Notes under the pieces: model-generated | The model's database searches: none | Seen by the model: only the letters and a program-made list of their open reading frames with translations | What the model was told of the DNA's origin: nothing | Assembly: GCA_025800365.1 (NCBI GenBank) | Contig: JAOXRT010000131.1 | Location: forward strand, 17,867 to 41,866 | Length of the DNA stretch: 24,000 nt | Direction of reading: 5' to 3' | Source: Cellvibrionaceae bacterium | GTDB taxonomy: Bacteria > Pseudomonadota > Gammaproteobacteria > Pseudomonadales > Cellvibrionaceae | Program-made: the position numbers and the translations under genes | Part shown: positions 15,192 to 24,000 of the stretch, one piece after another | Layout of the letters: every line of letters begins with the position of its first letter | How positions within the stretch are numbered: the stretch's first letter is position 1

Positions 15192-16280
15192 GTGAAAAAG
15201 ACTCTCATGACCGCAACACTGGCTGCTGCAGCACTGGCTGGTACCCAAGTAGCTTCTGCTGCCCGTGATTACATCACCGTAGTAGGTTCTTCAACTGTAT
15301 ACCCGTTCGCAACTGTTGTTGCTGAGCGTTTCGGTAAGTCTACCCAGTTCAAAACTCCTAAAATCGAATCTACTGGTTCTGGCGGTGGTTTGAAGTTGTT
15401 CTGTCAGGGCGTTGGTACCCAGCACCCAGACGTAACTAACGCTTCTCGTCGCATCAAGTCTTCTGAAGTTGATCTATGTGCTTCTAACGGAGTTAAAGAT
15501 ATCGTTGAAGTTCTAATCGGTTATGACGGCATCGTAATTGGTAACGCTAAAGCGGCTGATACCATGAAGCTAACTCGTCGTGATCTATTCTTGGCTTTGG
15601 CTAAGCAAGTTCCTAACCCAGACGGTTCTGAGACCTTGGTTGATAACCCATACAAAACTTGGAAAGACGTAAACCCAGCTCTTCCAGCTCGCGCTATCGA
15701 AGTTCTAGGTCCTCCACCAACTTCTGGTACTCGTGACGCTTTCGCCGAATTGGCAATGGAAGGTGGTTGTAAGAAGTTTGGTTGGATCAAAGACATTAAG
15801 TCTCAGTCTAAGAAGTTGAAGAAAGCTGGCCAGAAAGCTGAAGCTAAAGCCATGAAGAAGAAGTACAAGGCTATCTGTCACAGCGTTCGTGAAGACGGTC
15901 CTTACATCGAAGCTGGCGAGAACGATAACCTAATCGTTCAAAAGCTAAACGCTAACAAAAACGCTTTGGGTATCTTCGGTTTCTCTTTCCTAGACCAGAA
16001 CTCTGACATGATCCAAGGTTCTTTGGTTGACGGCAAGCAGCCTACTTTCGAATCTATCGCTGACGGTTCTTACCCAGTATCTCGTCCGCTTTACTTCTAC
16101 GTTAAGAAAGCTCACATCGGTGTAATCCCAGGTATGAAAGAGTACTTGGCTGAATTCACCAGCGAAAAAGCTTTCGGTGAAGAAGGTTACCTAACTGAGA
16201 AAGGCATGATCCCACTAGGCGATTCTAAGCGCTCTCAGGTTGCTGCTGATGTTAAAAACTTGAAGAACCTAAGCATGTAA
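15192..16280 (+). CDS. pstS: Phosphate ABC transporter substrate-binding protein PstS (PBP-like-2 / PhoT type)
   Basis: A GTG start follows AGGAGG, with signal peptide VKKTLMTATLAAAALAGTQVASA. Family motifs are VVGSSTVYPF, ESTGSGGG, NASRRIK and TSGTRD. The track's TTG at 15099 adds 31 non-signal residues and is rejected. Confidence 0.9.
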   Translation: MKKTLMTATLAAAALAGTQVASAARDYITVVGSSTVYPFATVVAERFGKSTQFKTPKIESTGSGGGLKLFCQGVGTQHPDVTNASRRIKSSEVDLCASNGVKDIVEVLIGYDGIVIGNAKAADTMKLTRRDLFLALAKQVPNPDGSETLVDNPYKTWKDVNPALPARAIEVLGPPPTSGTRDAFAELAMEGGCKKFGWIKDIKSQSKKLKKAGQKAEAKAMKKKYKAICHSVREDGPYIEAGENDNLIVQKLNANKNALGIFGFSFLDQNSDMIQGSLVDGKQPTFESIADGSYPVSRPLYFYVKKAHIGVIPGMKEYLAEFTSEKAFGEEGYLTEKGMIPLGDSKRSQVAADVKNLKNLSM

Positions 16281-16304
16281 TTCGGTTCGGAAAGCAGCGA
16301 ATCG

Positions 16305-16337
16305 ATAGCCCAGCCTAGTGCTGGGCTATTCGTTTCT
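16305..16337 (+). terminator. Intra-operon terminator/attenuator between pstS and pstC
   Basis: ATAGCCCAGC(16305-14) / GCTGGGCTAT(16320-29) is a perfect 10-bp stem with a 5-nt loop, followed by TCGTTTCT. Confidence 0.65.
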
Positions 16338-16492
16338 ACCCTAAACCTTGAAGTTATATAATGAATAACTTTTGGGTTAATAAAAAGAAATGGGTGCTTT
16401 TCGATTTAGGCTTTTGGTGTGCAAGGATGCACTGTAGTCCAAGAGTCTAAATCTGAAAGTACCCGAACCAACGATTGCAGAGACTCGGTGAT

Positions 16493-17878
16493 ATGGACAC
16501 CTCAACATTATTTGCCTTTTTAGCACTGCTAATGGCTGGCGCATTTATGCTAGGGCGCGGTCGCTCGCTTGCTCAAGCGTCTAACGCTGGCGGTGTGCGT
16601 GCCTTAAACTCCCTGCCTTCTTACTATGGCATGCTTACCCTATTGTGGTGTGGTATTCCAAGTTTGGCGGTTTTGGGTGCTTGGATTATTTTTGATGATC
16701 TAATTATTCATCAGTTACTTATCCAGTCCCTACCAGAAGAAATTCGTAACTTAGAGCCAACTGAACTAAGTTTGCGCATTAATACTATCGAGAATATGGC
16801 AGCTTCCGGTATGGGGGCGAATGCAGAGCCTTATATTCAAAATGCGATTGCAACTTTAGAACGTTTGCAAAAAACCAGTGGTTACGCTTTAACGGGTGTC
16901 GCGCTACTTGTTGCAGTTATGGCAGGATTGTGGGGTTGGACTCGCATTCAGCCTCAGCTTAAAGCACGCAACCAAGTAGAGAATGCCTTTAAGATTATTT
17001 TGCTGGCTTGTTCTTGCTTAGCCATTTTAACAACTGTTGGTATTGTGCTTTCGGTTCTATTTGAATCGATTCGATTCTTCAGCATGATTCCTATTACTGA
17101 TTTTGTTTTTGGTTCTGAGTGGAGCCCACAGATGGCGATTCGCGCCGACCAAGTGGGTGGCTCGGGTGCCTTCGGTGCTATTCCGCTATTCGTCGGTACC
17201 ATGTTGATCTCCTTAATAGCTATGATCGTAGCGGTACCAGCGGGTTTGATGGCGGCTATTTATCTTTCTGAGTATGCCAGCACTAAAGTTCGCTCTTTGG
17301 TTAAGCCAGCATTAGAAATTTTGGCGGGTATCCCGACGGTTGTTTACGGTTTCTTCGCGGCATTAACCGTCGCTCCAATGATTCGCGATACTGGTGGTGT
17401 TTTGGGGCTTAGCGTTTCTTCAGAAAGTGCCCTCGCTGCAGGTTTAGTCATGGGCATCATGATCATTCCTTTCGTATCGTCCCTATCGGACGATGTGATT
17501 AATGCGGTGCCGCAATCTTTGCGTGACGGTTCTCTTGGTCTTGGCTCTACCCAATCAGAAACAATCCGTCAGGTAGTTATCCCTGCAGCCTTGCCTGGTA
17601 TTGTCGGTGGTATATTGCTGGCCGTTTCGCGCGCAATCGGTGAAACCATGATTGTAGTAATGGCGGCAAGTTTGGCAGCTAATTTAACTGCGAACCCTCT
17701 TGAGCCAGTGACAACAGTAACGGTTCAAATTGTTACCTTGTTGGTAGGCGACCAGGAGTTTGATAGTCCGAAGACTTTGGCAGCATTTGCCCTTGGTTTA
17801 ATGCTCTTTATCGTGACTCTGGGCTTGAATTTCCTCGCCCTTCACGTAGTGAAAAAATATCGCGAGCAGTACGACTAA
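16493..17878 (+). CDS. pstC: Phosphate ABC transporter permease PstC (long form with N-terminal extension)
   Basis: The C-terminal ~300 aa carry PstC motifs (FGAIPLFVGT, EYA...R, LEILAGIPTVVYGFF, LRDGSLGLGSTQSETI, SRAIGETM). The start is uncertain: ATG at 16493 or TTG at 16475, and neither has a clear Shine-Dalgarno. Confidence 0.9.
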   Translation: MDTSTLFAFLALLMAGAFMLGRGRSLAQASNAGGVRALNSLPSYYGMLTLLWCGIPSLAVLGAWIIFDDLIIHQLLIQSLPEEIRNLEPTELSLRINTIENMAASGMGANAEPYIQNAIATLERLQKTSGYALTGVALLVAVMAGLWGWTRIQPQLKARNQVENAFKIILLACSCLAILTTVGIVLSVLFESIRFFSMIPITDFVFGSEWSPQMAIRADQVGGSGAFGAIPLFVGTMLISLIAMIVAVPAGLMAAIYLSEYASTKVRSLVKPALEILAGIPTVVYGFFAALTVAPMIRDTGGVLGLSVSSESALAAGLVMGIMIIPFVSSLSDDVINAVPQSLRDGSLGLGSTQSETIRQVVIPAALPGIVGGILLAVSRAIGETMIVVMAASLAANLTANPLEPVTTVTVQIVTLLVGDQEFDSPKTLAAFALGLMLFIVTLGLNFLALHVVKKYREQYD

Positions 17879-17913
17879 GCGTCGGCTCGATTGTCCTACT
17901 GACTTGCTAAAGA

Positions 17914-19215
17914 GTGAATAACACAATGAACTCAACAGAAAAAATGAACACCATCGATTTGGTGAACAAGAACCTAGCCAAGCGCTATCGTGCTGAGAAG
18001 CGTTTTAAGGCTTACGGTATTGCTTCAATTGGTTTTGGTTTGATTTGTTTGGTGTTTTTGTTTACTGACATTATCGGTAAAGGTTACACCGCTTTCGTAC
18101 AAAGCTATATCCAGCTAGAAGTTAATTTGGATGCTGATACATTGGATATCAGCGATCCAAATGACCCGAACCAAATAGCTGGCGCAAACTATATGGGTGT
18201 GGTTAAAAAAGCACTGCGTGAACGCTTCCCTGAAGTGAGCGGTCGTCGTGATAAGCGCAAGCTGTATAGATTGGTAAGTAATGGTAGTGGCTTTGATTTA
18301 CGTAAAATGTTGGAAGCTGATCCATCAATTTTAAACACAAAGCAAACCGTTTGGTTGATCGCTGACGATGATATCGATACTTACATCAAATCAGCTTCAA
18401 AAGATGGCAAAGTGTTCACTGGCCGTGTAGACGAGCAGGCTCAAGCTTGGGTGAAAAGCTTAATCGATAATGATCAAGTTGAAACCCGCTTTAACACTGT
18501 CTTCTTCACCAACGGTGATTCCCGTGAGCCAGAGCAAGCTGGTATACGCGGCGCCATCATGGGTTCTTTGTTCACCATGTTTGTAACGCTAATTTTGTCC
18601 TTCCCTATTGGTGTAGCTGCTGCGGTTTATTTGGAAGAGTACGCACCAAAGAACAAGTGGACGGATTTAATTGAAGTTAACATCAACAACCTTGCGGCGG
18701 TTCCTTCAATCATTTTTGGTTTGCTAGGTGTTGCGATTTTTATTGGCATGTTTGGCATGCAGCGTTCACTGCCTTTAGTGGGTGGTATGGTGCTTACGCT
18801 AATGACCTTACCGACCATCATTATCTCGAGTCGCGCTGCGATTAAAGCAGTGCCTCCTTCAATTCGTGAAGCAGCTTTGGGTATTGGCGCTTCTAAGATG
18901 CAAATGATCCTACACCATGTATTGCCATTGGCGATGCCGGGTATGTTGACTGGCGCCATTATTGGTCTGGCCCAGGCTCTGGGTGAAACGGCACCGCTAC
19001 TGATGATTGGTATGGTGGCCTTTATTGTGGATATCCCTGGTGGGGTAGCCGATCCGGCAACCGTATTGCCGGTACAAATTTTCTTGTGGTCTGACAGTCC
19101 TGAGCGCGCATTTGTTGAGCGTACCTCGGCTGCTATTATGGTGCTGCTTGGCTTCCTAATCATTATGAATGCCCTGGCAGTCTGGTTGCGTAAACGTCTG
19201 GAGCGCCGCTGGTAA
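17914..19215 (+). CDS. pstA: Phosphate ABC transporter permease PstA (long form with a large loop after TM1, DUF3333-like)
   Basis: PstA motifs in the C-terminal half include [57 protein letters not shown] and [12 protein letters not shown]. The start is ambiguous (GTG 17914, ATG 17926 or 17944). Confidence 0.9.
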   Translation: MNNTMNSTEKMNTIDLVNKNLAKRYRAEKRFKAYGIASIGFGLICLVFLFTDIIGKGYTAFVQSYIQLEVNLDADTLDISDPNDPNQIAGANYMGVVKKALRERFPEVSGRRDKRKLYRLVSNGSGFDLRKMLEADPSILNTKQTVWLIADDDIDTYIKSASKDGKVFTGRVDEQAQAWVKSLIDNDQVETRFNTVFFTNGDSREPEQAGIRGAIMGSLFTMFVTLILSFPIGVAAAVYLEEYAPKNKWTDLIEVNINNLAAVPSIIFGLLGVAIFIGMFGMQRSLPLVGGMVLTLMTLPTIIISSRAAIKAVPPSIREAALGIGASKMQMILHHVLPLAMPGMLTGAIIGLAQALGETAPLLMIGMVAFIVDIPGGVADPATVLPVQIFLWSDSPERAFVERTSAAIMVLLGFLIIMNALAVWLRKRLERRW

Positions 19216-19235
19216 TCCCGGCCTTACAGCAAAGA

Positions 19236-20141
19236 ATGAATACAGGTGATACTATGGAAGCCACTGCAAGTGTAGATAACGCCGCGCAAGCGGAAGAAAG
19301 CAAGTTAAAGACTATGAAAGAAGAAGTTATAGCGCAGCCTAGCGTAGACGATATTCAAGGTACGGTAGGTACCCCTTTTGTTGAAAACGCTAAGATGTCC
19401 ATGCGTGATGTCAACGTATACTATGCCGAAAAGCAGGCCATCTTTAACGTTGGCTTGGATATTGGCAAAAACGAAGTAGTCGCCATGATTGGCCCATCCG
19501 GCTGTGGTAAGTCTACTTTTTTACGCTGCTTGAATCGCATGAACGACACCATCGATATCTGTAAGGTTGAGGGTTCCTTAACGCTTGAAGGTCAAGATAT
19601 CTATGATCCAAAACTGGATGTGGTGCCACTACGGGCTCGCGTAGGCATGGTTTTCCAGAAACCCAATCCATTTCCTAAGTCTATTTACGATAACGTCGCT
19701 TACGGCCCTCGTATTCATGGCTTAACTAGCCGCAAAGCTGAGCTGGATGAAATTGTAGAAACCAGCTTGCGCAAAGCCAGTTTATGGGATGAAGTAAAAG
19801 ATCGCCTGCATGCACCGGGTACCGGTCTTTCTGGTGGTCAGCAGCAACGCTTATGTATTGCTCGAACCATCGCCGTAAGCCCAGAAGTGATCTTGATGGA
19901 TGAGCCTTGTTCAGCGCTTGATCCAATTGCTACGGCTAAGATTGAGGAATTGATTGCTGAGCTGAGTGAAAACTTCACCATCGCCATCGTTACTCACTCT
20001 ATGCAGCAGGCTGCACGAGTATCTAATCGCACCGCTTACTTCCACTTAGGTAAGTTGATCGAAGTAAACGATACTGAAAAGGTGTTTACTAACCCAGAAC
20101 ATGAACTGACCGAAGCTTACATCACAGGTCGATTTGGTTAA
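19236..20141 (+). CDS. pstB: Phosphate ABC transporter ATP-binding protein PstB
   Basis: The ORF has Walker [10 protein letters not shown], the PstB-typical [10 protein letters not shown], the signature [13 protein letters not shown], Walker [13 protein letters not shown], and H-loop TH. About 40 extra N-terminal residues leave the start uncertain (19236, 19254 or 19314). Confidence 0.93.
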   Translation: MNTGDTMEATASVDNAAQAEESKLKTMKEEVIAQPSVDDIQGTVGTPFVENAKMSMRDVNVYYAEKQAIFNVGLDIGKNEVVAMIGPSGCGKSTFLRCLNRMNDTIDICKVEGSLTLEGQDIYDPKLDVVPLRARVGMVFQKPNPFPKSIYDNVAYGPRIHGLTSRKAELDEIVETSLRKASLWDEVKDRLHAPGTGLSGGQQQRLCIARTIAVSPEVILMDEPCSALDPIATAKIEELIAELSENFTIAIVTHSMQQAARVSNRTAYFHLGKLIEVNDTEKVFTNPEHELTEAYITGRFG

Positions 20142-20175
20142 TTGCTGGCTGAGCTAAGATAGAGGAGCTTAAACG

Positions 20176-20892
20176 ATGGATAATCTAAACTTAGACCAGC
20201 ATATTTCTGGTCAATTTAACGCAGACCTAGAAGAGCTGAAGACTCAGTTATTGGAAATGGGCGGTGTTGTACAGCAGCAAATTATCGATGCTGTTACGGC
20301 TATCGAACAAGCCGACAGCGAGTTGGCTGAAAAAGTCATGGTCATTGAAGACGATGTTGATATGCGAGAAGTGCGTCTAGACGAAAACTGCACAACCGTT
20401 TTAGCTCGACGCCAGCCGGCAGCTTCCGATTTGCGTATGGTATTGGCTGTTTCAAAAGCGACCCGTGACCTTGAACGCATGGGTGATGAAGCCCAGAAGA
20501 TCGCTAAGATGGCAATTGCACTGAATGAAGAAGGTCAGGCCCCACACGGCTATGTAGAGCTGCGCCATATCGGTGATATTGTTGAAAAAATGGTGAATTC
20601 TACGTTAGATGCTTTTGCGCGTTTTGATGTTGATGCGGCGGTAAAAGTAGCACGTGACGATAAAGCCGTTGACCGTGAATATAAGTCGGCGATGCGCGAA
20701 TTAGTGACCTATATGATGGAAGATCCCCGTTCAATTGGTCGCGTAATGAATATCATTTGGGCTTTACGTTCATTAGAGCGTATCGGTGATCACGCCCGAA
20801 ACATCGCAGAGCATATTGTTTACCTGGTTAAAGGCCTAGATGTTCGCCATACCTCGGTTAAAGAGATGGAGCGCCAGGTAAAAGACGCGTAA
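20176..20892 (+). CDS. phoU: Phosphate signalling complex protein PhoU
   Basis: The 238-aa ORF has a GAGGAG Shine-Dalgarno and two PhoU repeats with E(R)xGD motifs (RDLERMGDEA and RSLERIGDHA). It sits immediately after pstB. Confidence 0.95.
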   Translation: MDNLNLDQHISGQFNADLEELKTQLLEMGGVVQQQIIDAVTAIEQADSELAEKVMVIEDDVDMREVRLDENCTTVLARRQPAASDLRMVLAVSKATRDLERMGDEAQKIAKMAIALNEEGQAPHGYVELRHIGDIVEKMVNSTLDAFARFDVDAAVKVARDDKAVDREYKSAMRELVTYMMEDPRSIGRVMNIIWALRSLERIGDHARNIAEHIVYLVKGLDVRHTSVKEMERQVKDA

Positions 20893-20909
20893 GCCCCCTC
20901 AAAACTAAG

Positions 20910-20958
20910 CCCCGCTGCACTTCATCAGATTCTGGCGCATGAAGTAGCGGGGTTTTTT
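20910..20958 (+). terminator. Rho-independent terminator of the pst-phoU operon
   Basis: CCCCGCT..ACTTCAT(20910-20925) pairs with ATGAAGT.AGCGGGG(20939-20952), followed by T6. Confidence 0.85.
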
Positions 20959-21126
20959 GTCCTTATTGATCAATATCATTAAAAGGTATGGGTGAATTGG
21001 ACGACATAGCCTATACTTTCTGACAATCTACCTTGGCTTAATTGAACTAATCGAACCCTCTGAATTAAACACTAGTTCGAGTCATGGTATCTACAACAGT
21101 GATTGCCTGAGTTATAGAGTTATCCC

Positions 21127-23298
21127 ATGTCACAACATACGGTTAAAGAAATACTACAGTCCGTATCCCCTGGCGATCAGGAATTCTTCCCTTCTATTGT
21201 AAAAGCACTGGCTCATGCATTAAGTGCCGATATGGTATTTATTGCGCGTATTGATAACGAAGAAAACAAATCTGAAACCTTAAGTGTTTATAGCCCCAAT
21301 AGTGACGTAGAAAACTTTGAGTATGACTTGGAGCATACACCTTGTTGCCAAGTGGCAAGCTCAGGGAACTTAGTCTGTACCTATAATGGCGATGTGCAGC
21401 AGCATTTTCCTGACGATGAAATGCTGGTGGATATGGGCATTAACAGCTATTTGGGAACACCTTTAAAAAATGCCGAGAATGAAGTTATCGGCATCTTAGT
21501 CGCTATATTTTCTGGCAGCATTCCTGATTTAAAGCAATCCGAGCTTATGTTTAACCTCTTTTCAGGCTTAGTCTCAAGAGAGCTTGTGGTTGTAAAAAAT
21601 ATGCGTCAGCTGAGTGTGGCGAATCAGGTCTTTAGTAGCTTAGATGAAGCGATTGTTATTTTTGACCCTGAAATGAAAATTCGGCTGGTAAATCGCGCCT
21701 ATGAGAGAATCAGCGGCTATGATCATGATGAGCTAATTAATAAAGATATTCATTCAACTGAGTTTTTGGGGCGTAACAAGCAGCTGCTCTACACGATTAC
21801 CGAATCAATGGAGACTGTTGGCAGTTGGGTAGGTGAAATCAATGGTCGTAGAAAGGATGGTGTCTATTACACAGTGCAAGTGCAAATCACGACCAGTAAA
21901 GATAGCCGCGGTTATATCGAGAACTATATTGCGGTTCTCAGTGATATCACCAGCAAAAAGCACGCTGAAAAAACTATTCATTTGCAAGCCAACTATGACA
22001 GCTTAACTGGCTTGCCTAATCGACAATTGTTTAACGATAGATTAGATCAAGCTATTCGCATATCAAAACGGAAAAATAAAAAGTTCGCTGTCGTTTTTAT
22101 GGATATCGACATGTTCAAGTCTATCAATGATAGTCTTGGTCATTCTTGGGGCGATGTGCTATTGGCGGAAGTGTCCTTTCGCTTAAAGCGCGCCCTGAGA
22201 GCGAGCGATACCATCGCAAGGTTTGGCGGCGATGAGTTTACCTTTATTATTGATCCAATAGAAAAAGTTGCTGATGCGATTGTTGTACTAGATCAAATAG
22301 TAAAAACAATGCATGAGCCTTTTACTCTGCAATCTAATCGTGTCTTTGTGACAAGCAGTCTTGGTGTGGCTTTATATCCTGATGATGGTCTTGATCGTGA
22401 GCAATTGATCGCTCATGCTGATCAGGCGATGTACAGTGCTAAAAATTTAGGTCGTGATCAGTATCAGTTTTTTACCTCGGATATGCATAGGGCAGTTGAA
22501 GAGAAACTTGCCATTAAAAATGCACTGCAAGAGGCTATCCTAAAGCGAGATATAGATGTCTGCTTTCAGTGGATAAAGAATGAAAGCGATCCTGAGCAAA
22601 TCAAGCTGGAAGTGTTAGCACGTTGGCAACATGATGGGGTGCAGGTCTCTCCCGATGTGTTTATTGCAATTGCTGAAGAGTTTAACCTGATCTCGGATCT
22701 GGATGATGTCATATTAGAAAAAGCCTGCTTTGCAGGTTTTCAGTTATGCCAAATGGGTGTTGATAACTTTATGTTATGCACTAATCGCTCTCCTATCGAG
22801 TTGGCCAAACGAGGTAATCCAGTACAGCGCTGGCGAAAAATTATTGAGTCTTATGGTTTAAAGGTTGAGCAGTTCAATATAGAAGTTACAGAAAACATAT
22901 TGGCCAAAGATAGTGATGGTCATTTTGAAGTGCTTTATCAACTAGCGGATGCTGGTTTTGCAATATCGATTGATGATTTCGGTACTGGTTATTGCTCCTT
23001 GGGTTATCTAAACAAATTTCCGATTGATACTATTAAAATTGATAAAAGCTTTATCGACGAGCTGGGTAAAAGTGATCAGCAATCGGCGATTGTCGATGCC
23101 ATTATGGCCATGGCGAAAGCCCTCAATAAACAGGTTGTTGCTGAAGGGGTCGAGTGTCAGCAACAATATGATTCGCTTAAACGCTTAGGCTGCAAACAAT
23201 ATCAGGGTTATATGTTCAGTAAACCCCTTAACTTTGAACAGCTTGCTAGTTTTCTGGCTGGTCAAAACCGCATTGTAGCGGCTGATGTAAACCGTTGA
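21127..23298 (+). CDS. GAF-PAS-GGDEF-EAL signalling protein (c-di-GMP turnover)
   Basis: The 723-aa ORF has an N-terminal GAF-like region (VFIARIDNE...YLGTPLKN..NEVIGILVA) and a PAS domain (LDEAIVIFDPEMKIRLVNRAYERISGY). The GGDEF domain has an RASD I-site followed by RFGGDEF. The EAL domain has EVLARW, NRSP, EVTE, DDFGTGYCSL, KIDKSF, AEGVE, QGYMFSKP. Confidence 0.9.
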   Translation: MSQHTVKEILQSVSPGDQEFFPSIVKALAHALSADMVFIARIDNEENKSETLSVYSPNSDVENFEYDLEHTPCCQVASSGNLVCTYNGDVQQHFPDDEMLVDMGINSYLGTPLKNAENEVIGILVAIFSGSIPDLKQSELMFNLFSGLVSRELVVVKNMRQLSVANQVFSSLDEAIVIFDPEMKIRLVNRAYERISGYDHDELINKDIHSTEFLGRNKQLLYTITESMETVGSWVGEINGRRKDGVYYTVQVQITTSKDSRGYIENYIAVLSDITSKKHAEKTIHLQANYDSLTGLPNRQLFNDRLDQAIRISKRKNKKFAVVFMDIDMFKSINDSLGHSWGDVLLAEVSFRLKRALRASDTIARFGGDEFTFIIDPIEKVADAIVVLDQIVKTMHEPFTLQSNRVFVTSSLGVALYPDDGLDREQLIAHADQAMYSAKNLGRDQYQFFTSDMHRAVEEKLAIKNALQEAILKRDIDVCFQWIKNESDPEQIKLEVLARWQHDGVQVSPDVFIAIAEEFNLISDLDDVILEKACFAGFQLCQMGVDNFMLCTNRSPIELAKRGNPVQRWRKIIESYGLKVEQFNIEVTENILAKDSDGHFEVLYQLADAGFAISIDDFGTGYCSLGYLNKFPIDTIKIDKSFIDELGKSDQQSAIVDAIMAMAKALNKQVVAEGVECQQQYDSLKRLGCKQYQGYMFSKPLNFEQLASFLAGQNRIVAADVNR

Positions 23299-23385
23299 GT
23301 TCAATCGCTTATCATTCGTTTATTTAGTGTTAAAGGCTGCTATGCAGCTATATAATTCTGACTGTATCCGAATGAGGCGATAAAA

Positions 23386-24000
23386 ATGGCAGTTATATCC
23401 TGGTGTAAAAAGCAATCTTTGATCTTGGCGCTTACTTCAATGACTAGCTTTGCGGCTCAAGCCGGCCAGCTTTTTACTGATAAGCAAGCGGATGCCATGG
23501 CCAGTCTTGCCTCTAGCTGTATCCACAAAGAATTCCCGAATGTGGTTAAACACTATTTTCTTGGCCCGCAGGATGTGCGCAGTCCCAAAGAATTGTATCC
23601 GGCTTTCTTCGGTTGCCTAGATTGGCACTCTTCTGTTCATGGCCATTGGCTGCTAGTGCGCATGTTGCATAAAGCTGGCGATCAACTGGATGCTAAAGCG
23701 ATTCGGGAGCAATTAGAGCAGAGTTTTAAACCGAGCAATTTAGTGGGTGAGCTCGCCTATTTTAATCGCCCCAATTCCGGCACCAGTTTTGAGCGCCCAT
23801 ATGGCCTGGCTTGGTTTTTACAATTAACGACAGAGCTTCGCCAATGGAATGACCCTCAGGCGAAAGAATGGTTGCAGCGTTTATTACCTCTAGAGAAGAA
23901 AATCGTTGAAAACATCTCCACTTGGTTGCCAAAATTGGCTTACCCAATCCGTGTGGGTGAGCACAGTCAAACCGCTTTTGCTTTTGGTCTGATGCTGGAT
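23386..24000 (+). CDS. DUF2891 family protein (5' part; continues beyond the window)
   Basis: My own translation starts at ATG 23386, with GAGG 9 nt upstream: MAVISWCKKQSLILALTSMTSFAAQA (signal), then CIHKEFPNVV, LDWHSSVHGHWLLVRML, FERPYGLAWFLQL and YPIRVGEHSQTAFAFGL. These match my recollection of DUF2891. The frame is open to position 24000. Confidence 0.7.
   Translation, partial: MAVISWCKKQSLILALTSMTSFAAQAGQLFTDKQADAMASLASSCIHKEFPNVVKHYFLGPQDVRSPKELYPAFFGCLDWHSSVHGHWLLVRMLHKAGDQLDAKAIREQLEQSFKPSNLVGELAYFNRPNSGTSFERPYGLAWFLQLTTELRQWNDPQAKEWLQRLLPLEKKIVENISTWLPKLAYPIRVGEHSQTAFAFGLMLD

Noticed and set aside
16361-16450. A 29-aa small ORF (MNNFWVNKKKWVLFDLGFWCARMHCSPRV) in the pstS-pstC spacer.
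   Set aside because: It has no Shine-Dalgarno, sits in an AT-rich spacer where ATG-to-stop runs arise by chance, and has no known small protein at this position. Only ribosome profiling could rescue it.
18627-19163. A 178-aa minus-strand ORF inside pstA. Similar antisense ORFs occur at 1696-2067, 2444-2674, 3005-3205, 3568-3786, 6507-6689, 7202-7498, 11808-12158, 12588-12920, 15521-15796, 16954-17202, 19726-19926 and 20244-20480.
   Set aside because: All lie entirely within well-supported genes on the opposite strand. Their compositions are low-complexity and Ser/Arg/Pro/Ile-rich, typical of shadow frames, and they have no Shine-Dalgarno or family signature.

Overview
This window reads as ordinary chromosomal core genome from a gammaproteobacterium, probably marine or environmental; that guess rests on gene content and protein similarity judged by eye, with no search run. 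I saw no integrase, transposase, phage gene, CRISPR array, tRNA or rRNA, and no recognisable defence system.

Gene order:
- (-) TonB-dependent receptor, its 3' end cut by the window edge
- (+) uvrD
- (+) an orphan 2-TM protein
- (-) yjgR-like DUF853 ATPase, kbp/ygaU-like BON-LysM protein and DUF937/YidB-like protein
- (+) DUF4332 protein
- (+) a TRAP transporter locus in which the substrate-binding gene is separated from the dctQ/dctM-type permease genes by its own terminator, a LuxR-family 'solo' regulator gene and a 416-bp ORF-free leader
- (+) YciA-like acyl-CoA thioesterase
- (-) a secreted alpha/beta-hydrolase with an unassigned C-terminal domain
- (+) a complete Pho-box-controlled pstS-pstC-pstA-pstB-phoU operon
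- (+) a GAF-PAS-GGDEF-EAL protein
- (+) the 5' part of a DUF2891 gene

The most system-like oddity is the LuxR-solo-interrupted TRAP locus. Its flanking palindromes include a CT-N12-AG lux-box-like site, and the regulator's ligand-pocket residues are non-canonical. It is a hypothesis, not a demonstrated new system. The remaining findings are regulatory-motif and domain-architecture observations of modest interest. All homology calls come from reading the translated ORFs and from recalled family signatures; no database search was run.
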